A DNA stretch of 59,398 bases, counting the filler, from Sphacelaria rigidula (taxonomy: Eukaryota), in the NCBI GenBank assembly GCA_964200075.2. It is 5 parts of 5 records of this genome, joined end to end, with 100 filler letters (N's around TTAATTAATTAA, not from the genome) between each part and the next. Parts side by side here need not be neighbours in the genome. Positions count along the whole stretch, not along the records: positions 1 to 11,802 come from CAXNAA020004480.1; 4 more parts are not named here. One strand, written 5' to 3'. A program made the position numbers and the translations under genes. The notes under the pieces are model-generated. The model ran no database searches. It had not been told where the DNA came from and was given only the letters and a program-made list of their open reading frames with translations. Below are positions 1-11,902 of the stretch, piece by piece (position 1 is the stretch's first letter; every line of letters starts with the position of its first letter).

Positions 1-18
1 CTGCGTATCTGGCGTAGG

Positions 19-745
19 CTATGGTGAGTTGCTGTTGGTACTGTCGGTCCCAGGTGCTGTCGGTGCATCTTGGCCTGCAGCTTTCGCGTGCCGTATCGCT
101 GCCTCTGCGTCATCCTCTTGGCACCAGTCCGCCATAAACCTTTCTGCTCCTTGTTCAACACAGCTGTGCCGCTCTACTGCATTCAAGGCTCTGGTAGTCC
201 ACCCCTGCCATTCGACACCGAACGCCTTCATGTCTTCCGCTAGGCAGCGGATCCAGTCCTTGTGCCTGCCGTTAAACTCCCTTTCTTACCCCTTCACGGC
301 TGTAATTTCACCGAACATGACGTGTTTCGGTATCCGTCCGGGTGACATGCGCGTGACGAAACCGGCAAAATGGAGTCTCCTCTTCCTCACCGTCGTGTCG
401 ATGCTTTCGCACCCTGTCCTCGCGAGGGTCTCTAGGTATGACAGAACGTGGTCTGTGCGATTGCGCTTGTGCCATCCAAGACAGCGCCTGAGGAACGCAT
501 GGTGGGCCGTGCGCAGTGTACTGTAGTGACCGCTGAGAGGGGTCCATGTAGCGCACCCGTACAGGAGTGCTTCGACAGCCTCGGCTTTGATCATGCGGAC
601 CTTGAGGTGGACGGCCGCGTTTGGTCGATTGTACAGTTGTACTTTGTACCTGTCGTAGCTCGACCATGCCCCTCGTACGCGTTTGTTGATTTCCACCGAG
701 AGGTCGCCACTCTCCGTAATCGACCTCCCCAGGTAAACAAAGTTG
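19..745 (-). mobile_element. RTE-clade non-LTR retrotransposon, 3' part of ORF2 (post-RT region), frameshifted
   Basis: ORF 286-696 contains ALLYGCATWT, HHAFLRRCLGW and RKRRLHFAGFVTRM..GRIPKHVMFGE, typical of the RTE ORF2 C-terminus. It continues in the 19-231 frame (..WxxxVEQGAERFMADW). Confidence 0.85.
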
Positions 746-798
746 TCTGTTTGTTCGTATACCTATTGATATGAGTATGACACATATGTCGGCTGAAA

Positions 799-850
799 TA
801 ACTGGTTCAACTGGTTACGAAACCGGTCAGTCAACCAGTTGTACCAGTTA
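799..850. repeat. Short hairpin built from AACTGGT units
   Basis: TAACTGGTTCAACTGGTT (799-816) matches the reverse complement of 833-850 at 17 of 18 positions. Confidence 0.7.
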
Positions 851-1989
851 AATGTACCTGACTAGTGAAACTGGCAGCCAGTTCACACCTTTACACCCAA
901 CCCTATGCCCCCCACGCCGTGTTGGTAGTACATGGAGGTAGGGTTTATATTGTGATTTTTTCAATCTCCTGGTGGTGCTAGACCAAGCACGTAAGCAGAG
1001 GGTGGAGCAATATGTCGGCCAGTGACCACAAACAAGCAGTTTAATTTTAACAGTGTGCCTCGGGGAGAACATGCCCTGAACAAAAGAATATTTGTCAACA
1101 CGTGTGCTGCGTACCGAATCGATTGTTGCGTCTGCTGCGATAGAAAATAGATCCCATACTGTACGCAGTACACGTTTCGGAAATGTAATAAATTCATCAT
1201 CCAGAGTGTGCAAACAAGACGCTAATGTTGTATCGGGGTCTGGGTCCTTCCAGGGTATAATTCATTCGATGTTTATTCACGAAACACTTCGAAATTTGAT
1301 GGGCTATTGACAGTAACTTTTGATTTTCAGATGAATACAAACTGCGGGAACCCCCCGCAATGCGGCAAATCGGGCTACCCCTCAGAGGCACAACCAAAAG
1401 TCAATGTACCAATACTGACAAGCAGCTGAGAGATCACATGAACCGAGAGTGCATGACGACTGCAACGCGCAGGGATGACAGAAGCTGTCATTCGTGCCGC
1501 GGGTAGCAAGGTGATTACGAGCAAAGGTCGCCTGCAACTACTGGTCACAAGGCTAGTATGCACCTGGCTTCCGATGATACATCTGCCGCGCAGTCACTAT
1601 AGCGTGCTGTAACGTAGGCTCGTTTTTGGCCATCAACCCCCAAGACATGTCGTTGTTGCCCTAACTTCGAACTCGGAGATACGTCTGTCGGTGAAGGAAT
1701 GGATACAGATGGCCGTATGGATACTGTATGGTGCGGTTCGGTGTGGTGCGATGCTGCGCTGCGCCTCGCTACCTCTCTCTGTACTGTACACTGTTGCTCC
1801 TTCGCAACGTGACCTTTCAGGGTATTTGTTTTCTTCTACAGGGTGCAGGTTACATTGAAACGGTCATGTTCACAGCGCGAAATGTGCTGAGATGGGAGGA
1901 GCACGCGTCCTCGGAGGAGAGGGGTTTACATCAGCACGGAAGGCTGGAGCTACAGACCAGACCAGTCGCTGCGGCGCTCGGATAGCAAG

Positions 1990-3379
1990 GGATGCATGTC
2001 ACGATGTACGGAGAAAGCGCTTGATATCCGAGAAATTTATCATCTCACGGGAAATTTGACGTAATTGGCACTGTGTACTACAAGCCGGCAGGGCTGGACT
2101 GACTGTACGACGGGAATCACACCTCGGCAGGGCTGGTATCCCCGCAATAAATCAATGAAAACTGACGAGTGCTCTCGATCCCACTTTGAGAGCGAATCAA
2201 ATGGGAAGAACTCCACAGAAAGGCCGATCAGGTGCATGTCGGAAAGGCTCAAGATATCCACGTGGGAGCCCGCCCAACAAACTCCGCGGCTTGATCTGAT
2301 TCTCCGGACTAGAATACATCGGCAACCGCCCCCGTAGTGGTCAGCCTGTCGTGATGCCGCCCACGCAATCCCTGGTACTGCCTGTAAAAGGGCGTTGTCC
2401 CCCTCCCGAACGGCTTCACGACGATCCTTACCATAATACTTTTTTTCTCTTCGACTCGGCTGTGCGGCCACATCTTGCCCGAGACGGGGTACAAAATTTG
2501 GGGCAAGCAGCCTCAACGATATGACGAAGCCTGACCGATGATCGTGTGTTTCAGCGAGCGTAGCGTCAACCGACACATGGTCCAACCTGAACAACTAGGC
2601 TGGCCGCTGCCTCCGCATCGATATCGTGCCCTTCACATTTCTCGTTCGACAGGGAAAACGCTTTCAAGCGAAGGGACAGCATGGTGCATAATTATCCTTT
2701 CAACCCACGCACGCAGCGTACAGCCTTGGGCCGCCGATACTGTTAAGGCAAAGCTACGTGCGGCCTCAACCTACACATACTTGAAGATTCGGTGTCATCA
2801 GACGCCAAGTGCACTGTGTTTGAACGCCTATTCTTCCGAAATACCGCCTCTACACTACTGAGAACGGAACAACACTGTTTATGATACTGGTGTAGTACTG
2901 ACCTTGACTGATGAGGTATGGTTGAATGAATGCACTTCCTTGAGACTTCTGAATAGGCGTGATTGGTTATGACCACGTGTGCCACTCTCTGCACTGACGA
3001 CCAGCCAGCGAGACGCCCATTAGGTCGTTCGTGAGGCCGGAGCCCAAGGAGGTGAATACCATCACCCCCACCCCTTCCTACGGTACCATCCCCGAGCTTA
3101 CTGCACGTACGTCTGTTAGGCAACTTGAAACACTCCGATACCTAACTTGTGTGCGTTTTACACGCTGTCACACGCGTTTTTGTCTTGGTTTGAGTTTGGA
3201 CGAATGTTTACCAAGCTATCAGGCACAGATAGCGTGGTGGCGGTGTTGTCACCGAAATCGTACGCTTTGTTTTTCGCAATAGTTTCAATTTCGCATTGGA
3301 CAGCACGGGTGAAAGGTATACAATACCCGAAAAGGTTTAGTAGCTATACCTTATGAAGATACTTCGCAATAGGGATTAA
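1990..3379 (+). mobile_element. Heavily decayed piggyBac-like (DDE_Tnp_1_7) transposase relic
   Basis: Read by hand across frameshifts, in the expected order: WYP..SMKTDE, IP..(G)RIKW, (K)PIR..LKI, ATAPVVVSL, FFSSTRL (DNFFTS-like), AW.IIILST, then a Cys-rich tail TCVRFTRCHTRFCL..ECLPSY. AGGG-A-TTAA at 3371-3379 resembles a piggyBac right end. No left end was found. Confidence 0.55.
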
Positions 3380-3458
3380 ATTGGACCCTCAACACAGTAC
3401 ATTGTTCTCTGCTGCTTGTTGTCTAGGGTGTGACGTATCACACCACGCACTTAATCGG

Positions 3459-3739
3459 ATGAAACTTTCCACACGTCGGACAGATCACGATCCGTCTGAA
3501 TTTCCTCGTTTTTACTTTATTGATCCAAATCATGATCCGCATCATTTGCCCCCCCCATTTCCATGTTTGCTCCTTACAGCGCCGGACGCCAATTACGGCG
3601 AGTAGAGCTAAGGTTGCGCCTTGGCGTTTCTGACTCTACGGCCACATGTTCTATGTTTTCGGACCAATGGGTCCGAGGGTCCTTTTTTATGAGTTGTTTC
3701 AGACAGATCATGATCTGTCCGACGTGTGAAAAATTTCAT
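3459..3739. mobile_element. MITE-like element with 42-bp inverted repeats
   Basis: 3459-3500 (ATGAAACTTTCCACACGTCGGACAGATCACGATCCGTCTGAA) matches the reverse complement of 3698-3739 with few mismatches. The interior is non-coding. Confidence 0.75.
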
Positions 3740-4699
3740 GGAGTATCATTACTTGATTTTAGGTTGTACACTGACCTTCCGATCTTCAGTGGGGCCGATA
3801 GTCCCACGTGCTCCTACCGTAGCGTGAGCAGAACGCATTCCTATCCAAGTCGGCCAACTCACACTTTGCTAGAGCACCCTCTGCACTCCCCTTGCCCGAG
3901 GGTTCACGGTATGCCTGCAGTTAGGGTCAGACTCGGCGTTATTTGAAGTCGAAATATCTCGAAGGAAGTTCTTCAAAGAGCGATTCAACCAAGTGACGAT
4001 ATGAGCTCATAACCTTTGACTGCGACCCTTCTCAGATGGACCCAGACAGAAAACGCGACATTTCGGGGTTGAAAAGCTGTTTCGTCACTAGAAAAGGTTA
4101 AGAACAAATGAATGTTGGACATATGTACATGGAAGACAGTCGCGGAAACACCTGTACCAGGTTTGAGCCTCGCAGTGGAGAACATGCAGAGTTACCATGT
4201 CCCTCTTCGCTGAGAGGCTTTCCGTTTTTGTGGGCACATGCTTCTTATGGTTTACGAGCGGCGCACGCTAGCAGTGGCCACTGGTGCGAAATATGCAACC
4301 AACATACATCCTGTGCTATCATCCATGCTTCCGCAGCAGTCCTGGTGCTGTCAGTGCAGGGCTGCCTCACCTTGAGCTTATATGGATCATGCACGCATGT
4401 CACATCTTCTCCGTCTCCCTTATCATCTCACTGTCGGCACTGATGCTACTCTGCCATACATACATGATGCAAACGTTTTCTCGTTAGCGGCTGAATACGT
4501 TCAACGAAATAAAACAGTCAGCGTGCCCGGGCAAGACTGGCACCCCTTGAGCATGTCTTGATCTTACACGCATGCTTCATCGTCTCAGCTACATGCGCAC
4601 CTTCTTCTCTAGTCTTTGTACTACTGTAGCTGTAGCTGATGCTGCTACTCTAGTGGAATGCAAGCCCACGAACTCAGGCCCGAACGGCATCACACATGT

Positions 4700-5475
4700 T
4701 CGTTGGATCTTCGGGAGCTCCGCACACAAGCATTCGCGTCCTGGATTCATCGTCGGATCTTCCGGGTCTACGGCCCAATCAACAGGGGGCTACAAAGTTC
4801 CTCGGTCGTTGGGTTTTGGTCTTTTGGCGGGGTGTAATTCACGAAAAATTGGTATGGTCGAGATTGTTCGGCGTATCTTCTGCGGAGCGGGGGATACGGT
4901 CACCACTTGCACAAAAAAAGCGAAAGCAGGTAAAAAAAAGGGTGAGAAAGGGTATGCAATTGAGCATTATAAGGGTCCACACATGAACGAAAGAGGGCAA
5001 GGATAACTTTCAGCAGATAAGAGCGTATACCCTCCTGGTTTGTTCACAAATGTACTCTCATGGGCGGTCCTTTTCCGCGTCGTATTTAAGCCAACAGTAC
5101 GCGTCAGCACTCAAGATGTTTCTATTTTGGCTGAGGTTCACGTCTTATTGTCTCTCTAATTTCAACACAGATGCTTTAATCCAATTTCCCACCGAGTTCA
5201 GCACAAATGACTACAGTTCTTATTCCCTCACCGACCTCAACACAAATGCTTATCTGTGAATTTAAAAAATGCCAAAAATGTTAGCATCAAATTCTCCACT
5301 GCCCGATTCTCCAGTGCTGACGCGTACTGTAGTACGATGTGTGAGAATTTATGAAAATGGACGGCCATCCTGCCCAGACACCTCGTGCGTGGGGCTGAAG
5401 CGCCGGAATGTACTTTCGAGGTGTTCAGCCTACGTGCAGCGCTGCGCCCTAAACCGAAATATGCGTCACCCTTTC
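4700..5475 (+). repeat. Dispersed repeat homologous to 52290-52790
   Basis: Shared blocks include CATCGTCGGATCTT, CAGGGGGCTACAA, GTTCGGCGTATCTTCTGCGGAGC and TTTCGAGGTG.TCAGCC..GTGCAGCGC.GCGCC. Confidence 0.8.
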
Positions 5476-5510
5476 CAGTTCCAAAAGCATCAGGGTGTAG
5501 CCGTTTTTGT

Positions 5511-8325
5511 GTATTGCCCATCGAAAAAGTGCGGTGGAATAGTAAATTCCGATAGATGAACTGCTCCAACTCCGAGGGCGTGTCTTAGCACAATTCTTTT
5601 CGATCGAAAAAAGGAGCGGCGGAATTGATATGAGCGATATTCGCTCGCTTTTGTAGAGTTGGATCCAAGCGAATGTTCAAGCTTCCGACCGGGAAAAGGC
5701 AGTGAAATTCGTGAAGCGGTGCTTGGTCCTACAGTGCAGAAAGTCTGTACTGTCTGCACTGCTTGCATGCAGTGTGTCTAGGTGTGTGGGTGCGTGTCTC
5801 GTAAAGCAGGATCATAGAGAGGATAAGCGGCCAACATGCAATGCAGACAGCGCAGGACAATCTAATCTATCTGCTGACTATGCGACGTGAGAAGAACTTG
5901 TACAACGTGCAACTTGGTACTGCCTGCACTGTCCATGAGCGCGACGCAATCCGCTTGCCCACCCTACCACACCGTTCCCTCGTTGATCCCTACCATGAAA
6001 GGAGATGCCAAAGTTTCCGCCAACAGAAATAAAAAAGGCATACCCAACACCTGCAGCGTGTCTATCCCTGTGCTTGCTCGTGTTTTACGCTGTAGGGTTG
6101 CGGTGGTGGCTGAGAGTGAGTTATTGAGCTTGCACGATTCAGTGAACTGGTGATGTCTGGCGTGGTGGTCTGTACGGTAGGGGTCAAGTACCGCTTGGTG
6201 CCTTTCGACCGCATGTTTTTCAATCGAAAAAGCTCTTTGTTTGTCTTTGGTACTTTCTCCCCGCGCGCCACTAGTCATATTTTTTAATTGAAGCTTTTGG
6301 AAACAGAAATGCGGTGGACCTATCAGATCAGGAAAAAATCGACCGCACTTTTTCGAAGAAACAAAGAAGCAATACACGCCTTTAGATCGCGATAGGTTGT
6401 TCATGAACCATGTTCACCTCCTCTCGCCGTCCAAGTGTTGGACCTTTGATCGTCACCAGCATGGGCATATCTGTTGAACCGTCATCATTTGAACTTGAAA
6501 AAAGTATGCGTTGTTCAGATGGCTACCCTCGAGATCTGAGGGATAAACATGAAATGACGTGGACACAAATGGCAACCTGTGCTGACCTATCCGATCGAAA
6601 TTATTCTCTTCTGTCCAATATTTTCCAAGGATGTCGATTACCCCAGATGAGACTAATAACTCACCGTAATTTCCTGTAATCAGCTGTTTGAATAACTTAC
6701 CCCTAATTACCGCAAGAACGGGAATGATTCGTGGTGTATCCCCGGGTTTCCGCATTTCTACACTAAAATCTGTATATTAAAACCAAGAGTACACTAAACT
6801 CAGTCTAGTAACGCCAAGAGTTCACTAAAATAGGTATGTTAACGCCAGAGAGGAGCTTTAAACGCACTTTGCGCGTTTGTAATGCACTACTCATGTATGT
6901 ATAGTAGTACACATGTACTCCGGTGTAGTGCTAAGTATGTGTTATGTATATCTGCATGTATGGATGCATGTGCTGATGCTTGTATTACGTATGTTGCATG
7001 TTTACATGTTTATTGTAGACTATTTCGCATCACTTGTTCCACATACATTGCGTATGTACTTGTACGTAAGGTACGAAGTACAAGTACTTCGAGTGCATTT
7101 TTTTACGTCTCTTCGTCGTACCAATTATCTTTTCTGTAGTACCACACCTCCGCACGCACCATCATTCCACCCCATCTTATCACTGCTATCATGTTGTCGC
7201 CTTGTCACCGCCGGTCTATTTTTAATTCGTGAATGCAAGTAAGTCCGACAAAGCGTGCTGATAGCCTGGTGAACCTAGCAATCGCGCATAAATTGCAAGA
7301 CGCTCTCACTCTTCGTATACACACGCACAAGATGAAACCATTCCGGCATGGAACCAAGTATGTCCTGTATCGTACTGCCCTCGCCATGCTCGTCACAGGT
7401 TTGCAACGCTGCGAGCAAAATGTGGGGCCCGTGGATGCGACCGAAATTTGGGACCCTTATTATCGCCAAAATATGTATTACCTACCTCCCATAGGTGTTA
7501 CCGGTAATTACGGGTGCACAGGTAATCGACATCCCTGATATTTTCGATTGTAAAACCACTCGAATAGAGGCGCCGTACCTGCCGTCCACCTGGAGAACAA
7601 TGTCACCATTTTGCATAGCTGTGACTGATCAGAATGGCCACCGCCCGCGTCGAGCGTTGTTGGTGACTTGGAATTCACTGCAGGACACTTTCGTACATAC
7701 TTGGCTGACTTTGTGAGCTTTACGGCAACTTTGCGAACGGGCACTTATCCTCCCCGCCCCCCATCCACCGGTCCCGAAGATGACTTCCCCTCTCCCCTGG
7801 AAACCCATGTGTCTCTGGACTGTCTACCGGTGAAACTATTCCGAAGCGACGCTCGCAGTCTGGGTCGCCCAGCACTGGTTCGAGGTCTAGAATGAGATTT
7901 CAGGGCAAAAGAGGAGGTTGGCTGGGACGGAGATGGAAAAATTCGAGAAATAACCCTCGCCCGCATGCATATAAGCGTACTGTAGCATGTGGTGTACACG
8001 TCCCCAGCCCTAGACCAGCTAGGTGAGGGCGTGCAAGCGTGTTTGACGATACAGGTACCTGCCCTACTTTGGCATCTGAAATCATAAACCTGGCCTACTT
8101 TGGCATCTGAAATCATAAACCTGGATGGCCACGAAACCAATCTCACCTAGAGAGTCAAGCCCAAGAGCGAGAGATGGACAATGCAGAGAAGCTGCGGGTA
8201 GAGGATGACTGCTGGAGTGTCGGCTGTTGTGAACAACACGGAGAAGTTAACGCGCCGTGGTCAGGCTTCGAGCCCATAGCGTAACCTCTGCATTGAATTA
8301 AATTACACGCACTGAATTAAATTAC
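5511..8325. repeat. Left copy of a ~1.17-kb repeat, split by a ~1.6-kb insert; inverted relative to 9606-10771
   Basis: 5511-6155 matches the reverse complement of 10127-10771, and 7790-8325 matches the reverse complement of 9606-10115. Confidence 0.85.
6760..6852. repeat. Three degenerate tandem 31-bp units
   Basis: ACACTAAAATCTGTATATTAAAACCAAGAGT / ACACTAAACTCAGTCTAGTAACGCCAAGAGT / TCACTAAAATAGGTATGTTAACGCCAGAGAG. Confidence 0.75.
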
Positions 8326-8329
8326 ATAC

Positions 8330-8530
8330 GAGGTTGAGGTTGTGGAGACACTTCAGTGTGGTCGAGTCCTCGGTGGGACTGAGCTTGAAAAGTTCGCCAC
8401 ACAGGTTGTCAGTCCCAACAGCCTTGCGGTTGGTCAACTTGCCCGATGCTTCCTTCACTTTATCCATCGAGGGTTCGGTCGCGAGCGCTGCGTTCGCCGG
8501 CATCTGTTCGATAGCATCGATAGCACCTTG
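8330..8530 (-). mobile_element. RTE-like LINE fragment, region just upstream of the RT core
   Basis: ALATEPSMDKVKEASGKLTNRKAVGTDNLCGELFK matches the EPT..EV..A...L.N.KA.G.D....ELLK motif. Confidence 0.7.
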
Positions 8531-8609
8531 TTCCCTCCCATCTCCAAGGACTTGATTTGCTGGTACAGCATTTCCTGGTCTTCCCCGGGGTAATTCCGCT
8601 GTCTTTGTG

Positions 8610-8845
8610 GTGTGTCCGTTGCCGTCCCATTTATTCTAGACAACGGTCTACACTTTTCGGTATACGTGGGCGCACCAGCTGGGGTCACACAATAGGGAAT
8701 CCAACACACTTTTTTTCTCTCATTTATTTGTTTCTGTTCTCCACCTTCCTCCTGCGGTGCTTGCCTTATTTTTTTTTTGCGAGAGGGGGTCGGCAGTCCC
8801 TTTCCCTCGTCGACCCTGAAGTCGAATTTTGTGTGCCTACGACAG
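8610..8845 (-). mobile_element. Headless copy of the SINE family seen at 21200-21566
   Basis: Shared blocks CGTCCCATTTAT, CGGTGCTTGCCT, GCGAGAGGGG and CCTCGTCGACC..CGAATTTTGTGT. Confidence 0.75.
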
Positions 8846-9329
8846 AGTCGTGAACTCAAAATACGTGTCACTACAGCAGTACCTTGTTTCTCCAAGATCG
8901 TCGGTGTGTGTTTTCGGAGGTTTTCGATTTTTTGTGGGGTGTTTGACGAATCAATAATCCTTTCCAAAGTCAGTGGGCGTCCGAAAAGAAGGTCGTAAAT
9001 GGCGCTGGAATCCTCACGGAAAGAAGCACAGCAAGATTCTCTGAGGCAGCACAATCTACAATGCCCTGTACTACTGTGCTGTACTCCGGCGAGAGCCAGC
9101 GCTGAATCGCCCAACCTTCGTTTTTCATAGTTATTTCATGTTGAGAAGTTGTTTTCATACTGTTGACAAGAATTCCCTCGAACTGTCGCGCTACGATGCC
9201 ACGACCCGTTTTTGCCGCATTCACCCACACACCGATACATTAAGCTTTTCTTTAACGAATGTTTCTTCAGCGCCGAAAGGCGGTGTGCGCGTCCCAGCAG
9301 TACCAACTCGTCCACCTAGACACAAATCC

Positions 9330-9630
9330 AAAAACATGTGCAGGGGAAGACACCATGCATCACCAACCGGAAATTTCGGGCAGGATTTCGCTCCATCTTC
9401 AGAAGGGATTTTATTCTAGATGTCGCCGCGATGGGGAATAGTAGGTATATTGCATATGCTGCCGATATTCAGGGCTTTCATTCAAGCTGTGGATCGTTGC
9501 TGAACTCGCGATAAACAAAGAGGTATGTTTACATGTGATCGGTACCATATCACAGTTGTTTGGATTTTTTGCTGTTGGTGATCAAGAAGATGACTGGCCT
9601 ATTAGCTAATTTAATTCAATGTTTTACATT
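9330..9630 (+). repeat. ~300-bp direct repeat of 11415-11715
   Basis: Both copies start AACATGTGCAGGGGAAGACACCAT.CATCACCAACCGGAA.TTTCGGGCAGGATTTCGCT and end TAATTT.ATTCAATGT. Confidence 0.85.
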
Positions 9631-10771
9631 TAATTCAATGGAGAGACTACCCCATCGGCTCGGAGCGCATGTTGACTTCTCCGCGTTGTTCACAATAGCC
9701 CACGCTCCAGCATTTTCCCTCTTCCTGCAGCTTCCCCATATTGCTCCTCTCCCGCCTTCTGGGTTGGTTTCTAGGTGAGTTTGGTTTTGTGGCCATCCAC
9801 GTCCACGCTTTCAGCCGCGAAAGTAGGGCAGGTACCTGTATCATCAAACACGCTTGCACGCCCTCACCTAGCTGGTCTAGGACTGGCGACTTGTACACCA
9901 CATGCTACAGTAGGGTTTTATGCATCCGGGCGAGGGATCTTTCTTGAATTTTGCCATCTCCGTCCCTGCGAACCTCCGCTTTCGTCCTGGGATCTCATGT
10001 TAGACCTCGAACAACTGCTGGACGACCTTATTCCTCAGACGGCGAACGTCGCTTCGGAATAGTTTCACCAGTAGACAGGCCAGGGACATGCAGGGGTTTC
10101 CAGGCCGCAAGGGGGGTTGTTTCACAACACCAGCTCACTGAACCGTGCAAACTCCGTAACTCATTTTCAACCACCACCGCAACCCTGCAGCATACAGCAC
10201 AGGTGAGCACAGGGATAAATACACTGCAGTAGTTGGGAATGCCTTGTTGATTTCTATTGGCGAAAACTTGAGCGTCTGCTTCCATGATAGTGATCAGCGA
10301 TGGAACGACGTGGTTGGTTGGGCAAGCGGATTGCGTCGCGCTCATGGACAGTGCAGGCCGTACCAAGCTGCACGTTGTATAAGTTATTGTTAGGTCGCAT
10401 GTTGAGCAGACAGAACAGGGTGTCCTGCCCTGTCTTTACTGCATGTTGCCCGCTTTTTCTTTAGTTGCTCTTACTGTACGCAACACGCACGCACACACCC
10501 AGAGACACTGCACAGTGCAGAAAGTACAGGCTGTCTGTACTGTACAGAATACCAAGTACCGTTTCACGTATTTCGCCGGCTTTCTACGACCGAACGCTTG
10601 GAAATTTGGTTGGACCCAACTCGACAGAAAGAAGCGGATTTCGCTCATATCAAAGTCCACCGCTCCTTGTTTCCGATCGAAAACCATTGTGCGAAGACAC
10701 GCCCTCAGGGTTGAAGCGATTCATCTCTCGGATTTTTCCTTTTCTACCGCACTTTTTTTCACGAGCAATAC
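9606..10771. repeat. Uninterrupted right copy of the ~1.17-kb inverted repeat
   Basis: Reverse complement of 7790-8325 plus 5511-6155, joined near 10115-10127. Confidence 0.85.
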
Positions 10772-11802
10772 TTGGTTTCCCCCTTAATTCTTTTTTTTTT
10801 GCTTTGAGTGCTGAGGTATCCGTTCAGGGGGGGGTGTTCGAATGATTCAGATACCCAGAAATGCTGGATCTACGTAGAACCGGGGGTCGGGGGGACGTAC
10901 GAGTACCGACAGTCAAGTGTGTGCAACTGTGGTACAGTACAGTTGAGAGCAGCGGGGCCGTCCGCCTCCCTTGTTCATTCTCAATCATTCACCTCCATCA
11001 CATCAGCACTCTCCCAAGTTATAGTAGAAGTTGGGTGCTCTTCAATATAAGATCTGAAACCATTACCCTGTGCCTGAGCCAAGGAATATGAGCGCGGACA
11101 GGTACTTCAATCGCTGGAGGTGGACATGAGCTATGTCCAACTCGCAACTTGGACATACTGTAGCTTATGCCCACCCCCAGTTGGTTGGCGATCATGTTTG
11201 GCACTGTGCAGCAGGCGCGTTTCTCGTCCGCTACGAGGCCCTTTGCACCGTGCGATGGCTTGAACGATGGCTACGGAGTGTGTGGGTGTATTCCGGGTGT
11301 TGTGGTGTCGATGCAAGGCACATGGGACGGACGCGGGCGGGTAGTCAAATCCCAGCTGGAGGTGGACATGTTCATTTTCAAGTCGCGACTTGGAAATAGC
11401 TTATTACCCAAGCCAACAACATGTGCAGGGGAAGACACCATCCATCACCAACCGGAACTTTCGGGCAGGATTTCGCTTAATCTTCAGAAGGAAGTTTATG
11501 CGAGATGTCGTCGCGGTGAGGAATAGCAAATGCATCATGTCTATTGCCCATATCTGGGGCTTTCATTCAAGCCATGAGTCGTCGCTGAACTCCTCATATA
11601 TCAAGAGATATGTTCGCATACTGTATGGCCGGCACCAAATCACAGTTGTTTTGATTTTTTTGCTGTTCGTAACCAAGAAAATGACTGACAACATACGTAA
11701 TTTTATTCAATGTATTTTACTTCATCAATTGTTGTTTTTGTTGTCTTCACATTAAAAGCCGTTCCGATATCTGCGCGGTACATTGGTACTGGGCATCTTA
11801 TG

Positions 11803-11902
11803 NNNNNNNNNNNNNNNNNNNNNNNNNNNNNNNNNNNNNNNNNNNNTTAATTAATTAANNNNNNNNNNNNNNNNNNNNNNNNNNNNNNNNNNNNNNNNNN
11901 NN
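11803..11902. other. Artificial contig spacer
   Basis: N44-TTAATTAATTAA-N44 (stop codons in all six frames). Identical spacers lie at 23704-23803, 35604-35703 and 47503-47602. Confidence 0.98.

Noticed and set aside
11110..11375. HVHLQ twice on the minus strand as an HUH Rep motif
   Set aside because: It arises from a short nucleotide duplication in stop-ridden frames, with no other Rep or helicase motifs.
11847..11858. TTAATTAATTAA palindrome recurring every ~11.9 kb
   Set aside because: It is a synthetic six-frame-stop linker inside N padding, not biological periodicity.
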